DNA from: an uncultured Chloroflexia bacterium
GTDB lineage: Bacteria; Chloroflexota; Anaerolineae; Anaerolineales; UBA4823
Reading direction: 5' to 3'
DNA length: 64,000 nt
NCBI GenBank assembly: GCA_963827155.1
Contig: CAWGZV010000002.1
Coordinates: 2,689,592 to 2,753,591 of the forward strand
A program made the position numbers and the translations under genes. Shown piece by piece: positions 1-9,053 of the stretch. Each line of letters begins with the position of its first letter. The stretch's first letter is position 1. The notes beneath the pieces were generated by a model. That model was not told the DNA's origin, did no database searches, and saw only the letters and a list, made by a program, of their open reading frames with translations.

Positions 1-591
1 GTTTTTCAGGACATCGTCTTTAAACGTACTGCCAAAGGCCGGGTCTTCAGCGGCTTTATCCAAGAATTCTAAGGTGTACAGCCCGGCGGGAACTGCAGAA
101 GCGGCGAGATCGAGCTTTATCCCGGGTTTTGCCAGGTCTTTCAGGGTTTTTATTCCGGCTGGGTTATCCTTTGGGACGATGACCACCAATCGATTATTCG
201 CAAATATCTGGGCTGCTCCTTGAGCTACCCGACCGGAGGCAACCGCAGCATCCATATATTTCTGGCTGGCACTGGCAAATACATCCGCCGGAACACCCTG
301 CTCGAGCTGTTGGGCGAGCTGTTGGGATCCGGCGAAGCTGAAGACAACCCTGACCCCCGGATTCTGAGCCTCAAACAACTTCCCAAGCTCTGTGAACGGC
401 TCGATCAGGGAAGCCGCAGCCAGAACCGTGATGGTTTTATTTTCGGACGCTTGTTGGGAGGACGCCGTCTTTGCAGCCGTCTCGGTTTCAGGCGGCGCGG
501 TAGAGGCAACAGGGGAACTCTGGGGAGTGCAGGCGGCACTGACAAGAATGATGGACAAAATCGCTAAAGTATGAAAATTAGGACGCGCCAC
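1..591 (-). CDS. modA: Molybdate ABC transporter substrate-binding lipoprotein (ModA); 3' end cut by the window edge
   Basis: Not in the ORF track because it has a GTG start at 591. My minus-strand translation gives VARPNFHTLAILSIILVSAAC (signal peptide with lipobox Cys). It continues TITVLAAASLIEPFTELGKLFEAQNPGVRVVFSFAGSQQLAQQLEQGVPADVFASAS, a typical ModA N-terminal signature. Confidence 0.75.
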   Translation of the reverse strand, partial: MARPNFHTLAILSIILVSAACTPQSSPVASTAPPETETAAKTASSQQASENKTITVLAAASLIEPFTELGKLFEAQNPGVRVVFSFAGSQQLAQQLEQGVPADVFASASQKYMDAAVASGRVAQGAAQIFANNRLVVIVPKDNPAGIKTLKDLAKPGIKLDLAASAVPAGLYTLEFLDKAAEDPAFGSTFKDDVLKN

Positions 592-673
592 GATTGTCTC
601 CTTTGATCAAACCCGAGTTGGATCGGATCTAATCATTCCCCCTTATTGATGCAGGATTGTTTGGGACTTAAAG

Positions 674-1858
674 TTAGCCGAGCAGAATTTCCCCAGCCAA
701 CCTGGAAGGGACCAGGGCGGATTGCTGGAGCTCAACAAGACGCTTTGCCATAAATTGATGCACTTCACGGCGACGAGAGAGCAAACCCGAGAGCATTTCG
801 ATCGTCCGCTCGGGGGAGGCGCTGGCTTCATCCAGGATAAAATCTGAGAGCCCCATCGCCTGCATGATCCCGGCATGTTTGGGAGCAAAGGCATACATCA
901 TCACCGGGCAGCCGGCAATCATCGAAGTCACACTGCCGTGAACACGGGCGACAAAGCTGGCTGCGCACTGAGCATAGACGGCTGGAGCAATCCGAGGCCG
1001 GACTTCTTCATCCACCAGGAGGGCATGCGAGCCATGGCGAGACTCCTGGATAATCCGACGGGCTGCGATCCGGTCGTCATCTGGAGACACGGTATTCATT
1101 GGCAGGAGCAAAGGCTGGTAGCCCTGATCATAAAGCCAATCCAAAGCAGCAGAGAAACAGGCGACTTTCTGATCGAACTCTTCCTGGCTCTTGACGTTAT
1201 AGTGGGTTTGAGCGTCGCCATCTCGGCCGCGGAATGTGCGCGGTGTCAGGGCAACCAGCGGTCTCTCCGGCTCACGCAAACCGGCTCTGGAAATCAGCTC
1301 TAAACCAGATTCAGCACCGGCAGGTTCCAAACAGAATACAGGATCAGCCGCCAGATGGATTTCCTTGGTGACACCGCAGCGCTCAAACAACCGGCGGGTG
1401 TGCTCGTCTCGATAGGTGATTGCAGCAGCGCCGTTCAGAACCCAGCCGAACAGGCGCATCGCGATCCGATCTTGAACGATCTGGCTGGAGACAGTCCAGG
1501 TCATATAAGGCGTGCGCGCAAGCCTGGCGAGGCCAAATAAGGTCGCGATGGCGAATAGATGATCTTTTTCTTCATAGAAAGGCGCACCGCCGCCTAAAAC
1601 AAATAGATCGCAGGCAGCTACCGTTTTAAGGACTTGAGGGAACTGATAGATGTTATGGAGAACCTCGAATTTCCAGCGCGATTCCACCTGGGTGTAATTA
1701 AGCACATGCTCGGGATTTGCGGTAAAGACCGTGAAGCGGACGGACCCGACTTCCGCACCCAGCAGGTCTGCAATCGTGAGCAGGAGCGCCTGGTCCCCAA
1801 CATTTCTACTGCCGTACCAAGCTCCCCACAACGCGATATGTTTTGTTTTTTGAGTCAT
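674..1858 (-). CDS. Polysaccharide pyruvyl transferase family protein
   Basis: 394-aa ORF. The N-terminus HIALWGAWYGSRNVGDQALLLTI and overall layout are typical of the CsaB/WcaK-type PS_pyruv_trans family. Confidence 0.7.
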   Translation of the reverse strand: MTQKTKHIALWGAWYGSRNVGDQALLLTIADLLGAEVGSVRFTVFTANPEHVLNYTQVESRWKFEVLHNIYQFPQVLKTVAACDLFVLGGGAPFYEEKDHLFAIATLFGLARLARTPYMTWTVSSQIVQDRIAMRLFGWVLNGAAAITYRDEHTRRLFERCGVTKEIHLAADPVFCLEPAGAESGLELISRAGLREPERPLVALTPRTFRGRDGDAQTHYNVKSQEEFDQKVACFSAALDWLYDQGYQPLLLPMNTVSPDDDRIAARRIIQESRHGSHALLVDEEVRPRIAPAVYAQCAASFVARVHGSVTSMIAGCPVMMYAFAPKHAGIMQAMGLSDFILDEASASPERTIEMLSGLLSRRREVHQFMAKRLVELQQSALVPSRLAGEILLG

Positions 1859-2073
1859 TCAGGCGCGAAACTCCCTGTTTAGTTTTTTCTATTGATTTGC
1901 GATTGGTTTGTAAACACAAAACATTGTGATTGGAAAAGCCGATCGGGATTTGATTGTAGCATAAAAATCAGGCGGGATCGAGTTCGGAAAAAACGGTCTG
2001 ATATAATGACCGAGGCGTTGGGCGTGATCAGCGATTTCAGGTTCTGATCACGCAAAGGACAAACCCTGCCGAG

Positions 2074-4097
2074 ATGAATCTGATAATTAAGACCATTCTT
2101 AAATCTCTGGCCTTTCTGGCTGCGCTGACGGTGCTCTGGCAAGCAGTGATAGAGTTTTATACCCATGCGCCAAAAACAGGGCAGCCGATTGAAAAATTAC
2201 CGCCGGTGTGGGCGGCAGCTGGGATTCTTTGGCTGCTGATTTGCCTTGCCAGCTTAATTCTGATTGGCTACCTTCTCTTTGGCACTGAGGCGGTTAAAAA
2301 CTTAATCGCAAAGTGGCTGCCTGGCGGCGGAGAACAGGTGGGTGGAGCTGGGTGCTGGCGGCGTTATTCGTATTAATGCCGGCGTTTTTCTTCCTTTTTA
2401 CGCGGTGGGGTTCTTATTTTGAAACGCCAGCCATCAGACTCTGCAACGGTATTGCTCAGCGGTTTCGGCGCGGCGATTTCAATCCCTAATAAACAGGGAG
2501 AAGGTCTGTCGCTGCCGGAAGTGGCATTGGGATTTGTCTTATCCGCGAGCGTTTTCCTGACGGCCAGACAGCTGGTGGGAGTCACGAATTTTCCTTTTGC
2601 GTTGGGGTGGTCTGAGGGCAACCGGCTGTATGATTACTCTGTCATCCTTGGAAAAAACCGATATATTTATCCGGGTGAATTAACCCCAGTCCGACGCGAG
2701 ACTGGTAGACTGCTTTTATGGGGAGCGCCATATCTGATCCCCGGCTCGCCGATCTGGCTGAACCGTTTATGGAACGTGCTGCTGGGGGTCCTCCCTCCGC
2801 TGGCACTGGGTTTTGTTATCGGGCGGACTAAACGCCTTCCGAGCATCATCAAATGGACTTTTGTGCTGTGGGTTTTTCTATTCCTTTCACAAGGACCGAT
2901 TTACACCCCACTGGTATTGAGTGCGATCATCGTGGTGGTGTTTGTCCAACCCGGTAAATGGATCCAGTCTCTTATCGCGGTGGCGGCTGCAAGCTACTAC
3001 GCCAGCTCGAGCCGGTTCACCTGGCTGCCCGCGGTGCCTGGCTGGGCTGGGATCATCCTGCTGGTTGATCTAGCTATACCAACCCTCGGGGGGAAGAAAT
3101 CCACAAAAGATGCGGCTGCCTGGGGATTGGAATTCCTGAAACGGCTCTTGCCAGTGATGATTATTGTTGGGGTTGGAGTGGCAGCCGGAACTCTGGCAAA
3201 TCCACTGTTGGTCACGCCCAAAGACCTGTCAGAAAGCATGGTTTTCGCCCAACCTCTGCTGTGGTACCGGCTGTTCCCCAATGTGAATTATCCGTCCGGG
3301 GTGATTGGTGCGCTGGCTGCCGCTACTGCTCCACTCGCTGCGCTTCTGATCTGGCTGGCTGCGACCAAGCGCTGGCGCCTGACCTGGCTGCAGATCACGG
3401 GATATCTGTTCGTTTGCATTGTCTTTTTGGAGGGGGGATCGTTGCGAGTGTAAAAATTGGGGGCGGCAACAACCTTCATAATATGGATATGTTTCTGGTG
3501 ACGCTGGCGATCTTGAGCGGCATATCCATCCAAAACCATGAACACATGGAGACCCATTATTGGCCTTGGTTTGCGCAGCTCTTGCTGGTGATGATACTCT
3601 TCATCCCGACCTGGACTGCTTATCGCAGCGGCGCGATGCTCGATCTGCCTAGCAAAGAACGAACCCAAGAGGCTTTGAAGGTGCTGCAGGCTAAAGTTGA
3701 AGAAGCCAGCAGGCAAGGAGAGGTGCTTTTCATGGACCAGAGGCAGCTGCTTACGTTCGGCTATATCCCGGGGGTGACATTGGTGCCGGAGTATGAGAAG
3801 AAGTATGTGATGGACCAGGCGATGGCGGGCGACCAGTCATATTTCAAACAGTTCTACAGCGATCTTGCGAACCAGCGCTTTGCGATGATCGTTACAGATC
3901 CATTATTCACCAAGATCAAAGAAAGCGATTACCCGTTTGCCGAGGAGAACAATGCCTGGGTGCAATGGGTTGCCCAACCGCTGCTGTGCTACTATGCACC
4001 GGTGCGAAAAATCCCGGGAAGGGTGCTTGACGATTTTAATATCCAGCTGCTCGTACCGCGTTCAGACATCAGCGACTGCAAAACCCCGCTCCAATAA
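2074..4097 (+). pseudogene. Large polytopic membrane protein with a C-terminal soluble domain, possibly a glycan-processing or GT-C-like enzyme; split by at least 3 frameshifts
   Basis: ORFs 2074-2376, 2419-3453 and 3261-4097 are all hydrophobic. A third-frame stretch, WSWVLAALFVLMPAFFFLFTRWGSYFETPAIRL (about 2330-2450), bridges the first two ORFs. The 2419 and 3261 frames join across the T5/G6 run at 3424-3437 (..FVCIVF / GGGIVASVKIGGGNNLHN..). Confidence 0.5.
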
Positions 4098-4105
4098 GTT
4101 AAAAC

Positions 4106-5275
4106 TTAAGCCAAGATTTGTTGAATCCTTGAGAGGAAATCCTGATTGCGGCGCGCCATCTCAACAAGATTCGATTGAACGCGCGGCTTGAAATCCCGCT
4201 CCCAGGCAAAGCGCAGCTCATCCGCATGCGCCAGGAATTCCGAAATTTCGAAACTCGGGGAATATGGATTTCGATAGCAATCTGCTGAAAGACCAAAATC
4301 TTCCAGCAATGAGTTGACTTTACTATTTCTAGCTGACTCGGCTGCAAATGGTTCGATCGAAATGAAAGGGATTTTGGCTTTAAGACTAAAGGCAGTCCCA
4401 TGGAAACGGTCGGTCACACAAAAGGAGAGGCGGCTAAACAGGTCTGCCCATTCATGCGGGGAAAGCACATGCCCCAGATTAATGTCTGCGAACGGATTGT
4501 AAAGGCTGAAACCGACGGTTTGAAAACCCTGCCGGTGAAAATGATCGGCTAAAGCCTGGGAAAAATCCGATTTACCGTAAAACAACATCCCCGCCAATGG
4601 ACGCTGGGAGTCAACTCCGTGAAGCCTGAGCAGCTCATCCACATTGGTGGGTTGAACATCGTACAAAAAGGTCGGGTCCGGCACTTTCATTACCGGTACG
4701 TGCCGGTCTGCCCCGCTCTTCAAAACAATTTCAAGGGTCAGCTGATCCCGAACCCCTATGAGGGCATAGCTGCTCAAGATGCGTCCTACATCTGGAAGGT
4801 TCCGTTCGATGAACTCGGGTAGAGAGCGGTGTCCAGAGGCTGCATATGCGATTTTAACCGAGGGGATTTTCTCAGAAAGCCAGTAGATGCTTGGGAACTT
4901 TGGGATTTGGAATTTATCCACCAGATCCCAAATCACCATCCCAACAACGAGGGCATCGTATGCCTGGCTGCTCAGATAGCGCACCATGCCGTCATACCCG
5001 ATTGGATAGAACGGGGATGGCTTATCGAGGTGGGTGTGCTGACGATAAAACCTCTCAGAGACCAGATGACGCTGAATATTGTATGCGGGAATGCGGCTGT
5101 GGATCTTGAGGATGCGAGCAAGCTCATAGTAATACCAGTTGCGCGGGACGTAATCCAGGATCCGAACATCGTACTCCGGGAGGCTTTGAGCGAGGTTTTT
5201 TTCGATCGCTTCAGAGAACAGACACGCGCCAGGGTTGGCGAAATGGACCGTAGTGAGAATGCGCAAGGATTTCAT
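4106..5275 (-). CDS. Polysaccharide pyruvyl transferase-like protein
   Basis: 389-aa ORF. The C-terminal VTDRFHGTAFSLKAKIPFISIE resembles the conserved RxHG..F block of pyruvyl transferases. It lies next to other polysaccharide genes. Confidence 0.55.
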   Translation of the reverse strand: MKSLRILTTVHFANPGACLFSEAIEKNLAQSLPEYDVRILDYVPRNWYYYELARILKIHSRIPAYNIQRHLVSERFYRQHTHLDKPSPFYPIGYDGMVRYLSSQAYDALVVGMVIWDLVDKFQIPKFPSIYWLSEKIPSVKIAYAASGHRSLPEFIERNLPDVGRILSSYALIGVRDQLTLEIVLKSGADRHVPVMKVPDPTFLYDVQPTNVDELLRLHGVDSQRPLAGMLFYGKSDFSQALADHFHRQGFQTVGFSLYNPFADINLGHVLSPHEWADLFSRLSFCVTDRFHGTAFSLKAKIPFISIEPFAAESARNSKVNSLLEDFGLSADCYRNPYSPSFEISEFLAHADELRFAWERDFKPRVQSNLVEMARRNQDFLSRIQQILA

Positions 5276-5338
5276 AGATTCATTTGAATCGATTTGCTGA
5301 GCAGTGGAACGGATGTCCCTATTCGATTTTACCAGAGA

Positions 5339-6640
5339 TCAATCTGAACTTGATGCCAGCGAACCGGCTAACTGAGCGGGTATCATTAAAGGGGCGGTGC
5401 GATAGACGACTGCCTTTACCTTTTGGGCCGGATGAGCTGCTTCCAGGATCTGCCGCGCCGACGACCAATCGGGGACCAGTGCACCAGACGGGAAAACAGT
5501 CTGAAGCTGTGCCTCCGTCAATCCGGGCGAAACCACCAACACCTCCAGAGATTTTCGGGCGACCAGACGCCTCGCGGCTGTCAGGCGGTACGCAAAGGTG
5601 CGCAGGTCTCTCAATCGGAAATACTTCAGGCGCCGGATCAATCTGGCTGATAGCGAGTTTTGGAGAGGAAACAGCTCATGGCTGCCAATTCCCTTCGGAC
5701 AGGCTGCCAAAACAACCCTGGAGGTCGTTTCGCCAGCAAAATCTAAAGGCCAAAGCCCGCGATCGTAAGCGAACTGGAGGTCTGCATCGAATGGGTACAT
5801 ATCTGCGATGACAATGTCGGCATCAGGGTGAGGATCTATCGAATAGACTTTGCGGGCAGTTTGGACCCCAATCCTAAATGCAGTGATCATATCTCCGGCA
5901 AATACGGCAGAGATCTTGCGGTGCTGGTTCAAAGCCACATTAACGATGAAATCCAGCCCGATCTGCGCTGCAAGCTGCTCGCACTCGCGCCTGAATTCAT
6001 TCTCAACGCTCCCGGCACGCTGGTCTGCTCCACGCAGATGATCATGAAGATAACGGATGGTTTCAAACCCAGCCAAGCCCGGGATCAACGCTTTGGCGCC
6101 GCCTGAAAACCCAGCAGCTGGATGCGGGTACAAACAACCAACCCCAATTCGAAAGTCACAGGAAAGGACGGCCTCATTCACCAGAATTGGGGCTCCCGAT
6201 CGCGACTTGCCCAGTTTCTTCAAGCCGCGGTGGCAATCGTGCGAGATCAGCCGAACACCGCTGGGAAGATTTTGACCAGCTTTCAGGATTAGATCCTCGA
6301 TGGTGGAAGGAGGATGGGTTCCGGTCGCGGAAATGATCAGAATTCGATCGGGTGAAAAACCACTCTGGAGGAGCTCATCCAGCAATATCTCCACCAAGCC
6401 TGCAGCAGGTGTAGGCCGAGATAGATCATCCAGGATGATCGCAGCCCGCTGCTTTCCAGCCGCGAGGGCGGCGAGAGGCTGACCGGAAACAGGGCGGCGG
6501 ATTGAATCCCGGATTGCATCATGAGAAAGGGCTGGGATGACCTGGTCGCCGATAACTGAAACCTCCCAGCGATCTGGGAACTCCAGGACCAGCGGGATGT
6601 CACCGTGCCAGGCAGCCGTACGGAGGGTGATCTTATTCAT
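5339..6640 (-). CDS. larA: LarA-family (DUF2088) nickel-pincer-dependent 2-hydroxyacid racemase/epimerase homologue
   Basis: Motifs ISATGTHPPS, YPHPAAGFSGGAKALIPG and IRYLHDHL match the conserved His/Lys positions of lactate racemase LarA. The ATG at 6640 overlaps the upstream stop; an alternative GTG lies at 6652. Confidence 0.7.
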   Translation of the reverse strand: MNKITLRTAAWHGDIPLVLEFPDRWEVSVIGDQVIPALSHDAIRDSIRRPVSGQPLAALAAGKQRAAIILDDLSRPTPAAGLVEILLDELLQSGFSPDRILIISATGTHPPSTIEDLILKAGQNLPSGVRLISHDCHRGLKKLGKSRSGAPILVNEAVLSCDFRIGVGCLYPHPAAGFSGGAKALIPGLAGFETIRYLHDHLRGADQRAGSVENEFRRECEQLAAQIGLDFIVNVALNQHRKISAVFAGDMITAFRIGVQTARKVYSIDPHPDADIVIADMYPFDADLQFAYDRGLWPLDFAGETTSRVVLAACPKGIGSHELFPLQNSLSARLIRRLKYFRLRDLRTFAYRLTAARRLVARKSLEVLVVSPGLTEAQLQTVFPSGALVPDWSSARQILEAAHPAQKVKAVVYRTAPLMIPAQLAGSLASSSD

Positions 6641-7757
6641 CGGCGGCAACACTTCGAGGAACTGAATCTTTCGCCGATTCCAGGTGAGTGCTATAAACAG
6701 CCAAATGCCGGTCTACCGCCTGGTTGAGGGCGAAAATATCGCCGACATATTGACGCGCAGCTCTTCCCAGCTCCTGCCAGCGGTCGTTCGCGAGAAGCGT
6801 CCGCAAACCTGCTGCGAAGTCGTCATCGGTGACATGAAAACCAAAACGCGAGGTAAATTGATCCGGATCGACTGCACTAAGAATGGCACAACCGTGAGCG
6901 GCAGCTTCGATGTACGCGTTCGGCAGACCTTCCCTGGCAGCCGGGTTGATCAAGATCCAACTTTGGCTGAATAATTCCGAAAGTCGCTGATTATCAAACT
7001 GATCGATGAATCCCAGCATTTCCAGGTTCGGCAAGCCTTCGTATTGGAGGCGGAGGGAGCGCTCGTAATCCTTGCTGCGGCTCTTTCCGGCAGCCAAAAA
7101 GCGGACCTCTGGAAAGAGGCGCGCCAACTCAAAGAATATTTCCGGTCTTTTGCGCTTATCCCAGCGAGAGACCAGGCACACAGTCGGTTGGGATGCTTTC
7201 ACAATCTTTGAGGGCACTTCGACTGGCGTAGGTAAGAATTCTGGGCGGTGTGAAAGGTGATATTTGCGCGCGGCACGATCGGAAACAAGATAGGAGGCAG
7301 CATAAAGTCCGGCGGCATGATGGACTGCCCTGCCGACCAACCAGTTATCCTCATACAGCCAGTTAGAAATGACCTGGGCAGCATTTAAGGAAGGCAGGCG
7401 AAATTCGATGCGCCAATTTTCCAGGTCTCGAGGGTCACGGAAGGTGATGATATGCTTCCGATCCGGCATGGCGCTCATCGCCAGGTAAGATCCGAGAGAA
7501 GGCTCCTGGGAATGGTAGACATCGGCATCCGCTTCACGAAATCGAGGCAAGGCGGAGAATGGGTTCGAGCGGTTGAAGCCTAGAACCCGAATGCCGTCCA
7601 GGATTTCGATCTCACCCTGATCCTGACGGCGCGGGACAACCGCGGTGACCTCGATCCCGCGTTTCACCAGCTCCCTTCCGATCATACGGGTTGCCCGCCC
7701 AAAACCCCCATATTTGCCCCAGGCGAAGATCTCAACGCATATCAAGCAAATTTTCAC
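6633..7757 (-). CDS. Glycosyltransferase family 4 (GT-B fold)
   Basis: 374-aa ORF. N-terminus MKICLICVEIFAWGKYGGFGRATRMIGRELVKRG and a C-terminal EGLPNAYIEAAAHGCAI motif of the E-x7-E type. Confidence 0.75.
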   Translation of the reverse strand: MKICLICVEIFAWGKYGGFGRATRMIGRELVKRGIEVTAVVPRRQDQGEIEILDGIRVLGFNRSNPFSALPRFREADADVYHSQEPSLGSYLAMSAMPDRKHIITFRDPRDLENWRIEFRLPSLNAAQVISNWLYEDNWLVGRAVHHAAGLYAASYLVSDRAARKYHLSHRPEFLPTPVEVPSKIVKASQPTVCLVSRWDKRKRPEIFFELARLFPEVRFLAAGKSRSKDYERSLRLQYEGLPNLEMLGFIDQFDNQRLSELFSQSWILINPAAREGLPNAYIEAAAHGCAILSAVDPDQFTSRFGFHVTDDDFAAGLRTLLANDRWQELGRAARQYVGDIFALNQAVDRHLAVYSTHLESAKDSVPRSVAADE

Positions 7758-8833
7758 CGCAGCTCCTTGGCGTCCACGGGGGGAGGCTGGTTTTCGGCAG
7801 AACGCTTGCTGCGCAGGACATCGATCAGCTCGACCAGACCACCGAGCAGACTGAGGATGATCCCGCGGATGAATATTAAGAAAGACAGGGCAAGCGCCAG
7901 ATCCGCGCTGACCCCAAAAGTCGAAAGGATCGCAACAAGGGTCACTTCGCGCACGCCCAGACCCCCAGCAACCGTAAACGGCAGCTGGGTGGCAATCAAG
8001 ACCACAGCCTGAACCCAGCCCATATTCATGAAACCGATATCGATACCGACTGCCTGTGCCAGCGCCACTCCAGAAGCGATCCCTACAAGGGCAGAAATGA
8101 TGCCCGCTGAAATAGAAAGCAGCAGGTCTGTCGCGGGCATATCAGCATAAGCTGTAACCGCGATCAGGAATTTTTCGATGCGGCGCGCCAGCACCTGCCA
8201 GGAGTCTTTCTCAACCCATCCAGCGCTGCGGACCCGAAACCAGCGGTAGATCTTCAAGCTGTAGCGAGTGACCAGCACCCAAGAGATGATGATCAGCAGC
8301 AAGATGAGCGCAAGCCAGAAAAGACTAACCTTTAGGCTGGTCTGCTGTCCGGCCAGAAGAAAGAAAGCCAGACCCATGGCGATCGTTAAAAAAGTCTCAA
8401 GGACGCGAAAGAATGCCAGGGCAACGAGCGCTTCGACATTCTTTCCACCTGGCTGCGCCAACCGGTACCAGCGATAGCCGCTGGCGACCAGCGTACTGGG
8501 GGTGAATTGAAGGTAGAATTTCACCGCCAGGTTGATCGCAAGGATTTTTCCAACACCGTGGGTGATTCCCTGGTTTCGAGTAAGGGGCTCCATTTGAACG
8601 GCAGTCAATATTATTGTGACCCCCCCGAGGACGATCCCCAACAGCAGGTAGATTGGGTCTGCTGAAAGCATGGCCTGAACGACCGCTTTTAAGGGAACCA
8701 TCCAAAATAGAGCCGCAAAAAGGGCGATCAAGATCAAAATCTTGACGATCCGCCGGAGGCGCTGAGCACCAGGGGAAGAGCCCTGGAAGAACCAGCGAAG
8801 TTTTTCTTTCAAATGCATGATTTGGATTACCAA
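7754..8833 (-). CDS. Flippase-like membrane protein (lysyl-PG synthase TM region / UPF0104 family)
   Basis: 359-aa polytopic ORF with the characteristic GGLGVREV motif. Its stop overlaps the GT4 start by 4 nt, suggesting translational coupling. Confidence 0.65.
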   Translation of the reverse strand: MVIQIMHLKEKLRWFFQGSSPGAQRLRRIVKILILIALFAALFWMVPLKAVVQAMLSADPIYLLLGIVLGGVTIILTAVQMEPLTRNQGITHGVGKILAINLAVKFYLQFTPSTLVASGYRWYRLAQPGGKNVEALVALAFFRVLETFLTIAMGLAFFLLAGQQTSLKVSLFWLALILLLIIISWVLVTRYSLKIYRWFRVRSAGWVEKDSWQVLARRIEKFLIAVTAYADMPATDLLLSISAGIISALVGIASGVALAQAVGIDIGFMNMGWVQAVVLIATQLPFTVAGGLGVREVTLVAILSTFGVSADLALALSFLIFIRGIILSLLGGLVELIDVLRSKRSAENQPPPVDAKELR

Positions 8834-8875
8834 TCCGATACTTGTTAATAATTTCTGGACCCAGGACAGAGATTG

Positions 8876-8905
8876 CTTCGGCTGCAGCTGCAGCTGCAGC
8901 CGAAG
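8876..8905. repeat. Perfect 30-nt palindrome CTTCGGCTGCAGCTG|CAGCTGCAGCCGAAG in a divergent promoter region
   Basis: Read directly: the second half is the exact reverse complement of the first. It lies between the flippase-like gene start (8833, minus) and the MATE start (9054, plus). Confidence 0.9.
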
Positions 8906-9053
8906 GTTTTCGGTGAACTGCTATCGCCAGGGCGGGATTATTCTAGCACAAAACAATTGGGCTGCGGGTGCACGCAAGGCAAGCCAGCCAAATTTCGAGA
9001 TCAAGCTGTTTCTTGTTAGAATCAGCTATCCACAAGCAGAACGAGTTTGAATC

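Noticed and set aside
220-574. Plus-strand ORFs 220-567 and 392-574 at the window start
   Set aside because: Their sequence is low-complexity (RRGRGNRG..). They lie antisense to a clean ModA-like lipoprotein gene on the minus strand, so they are shadow ORFs.
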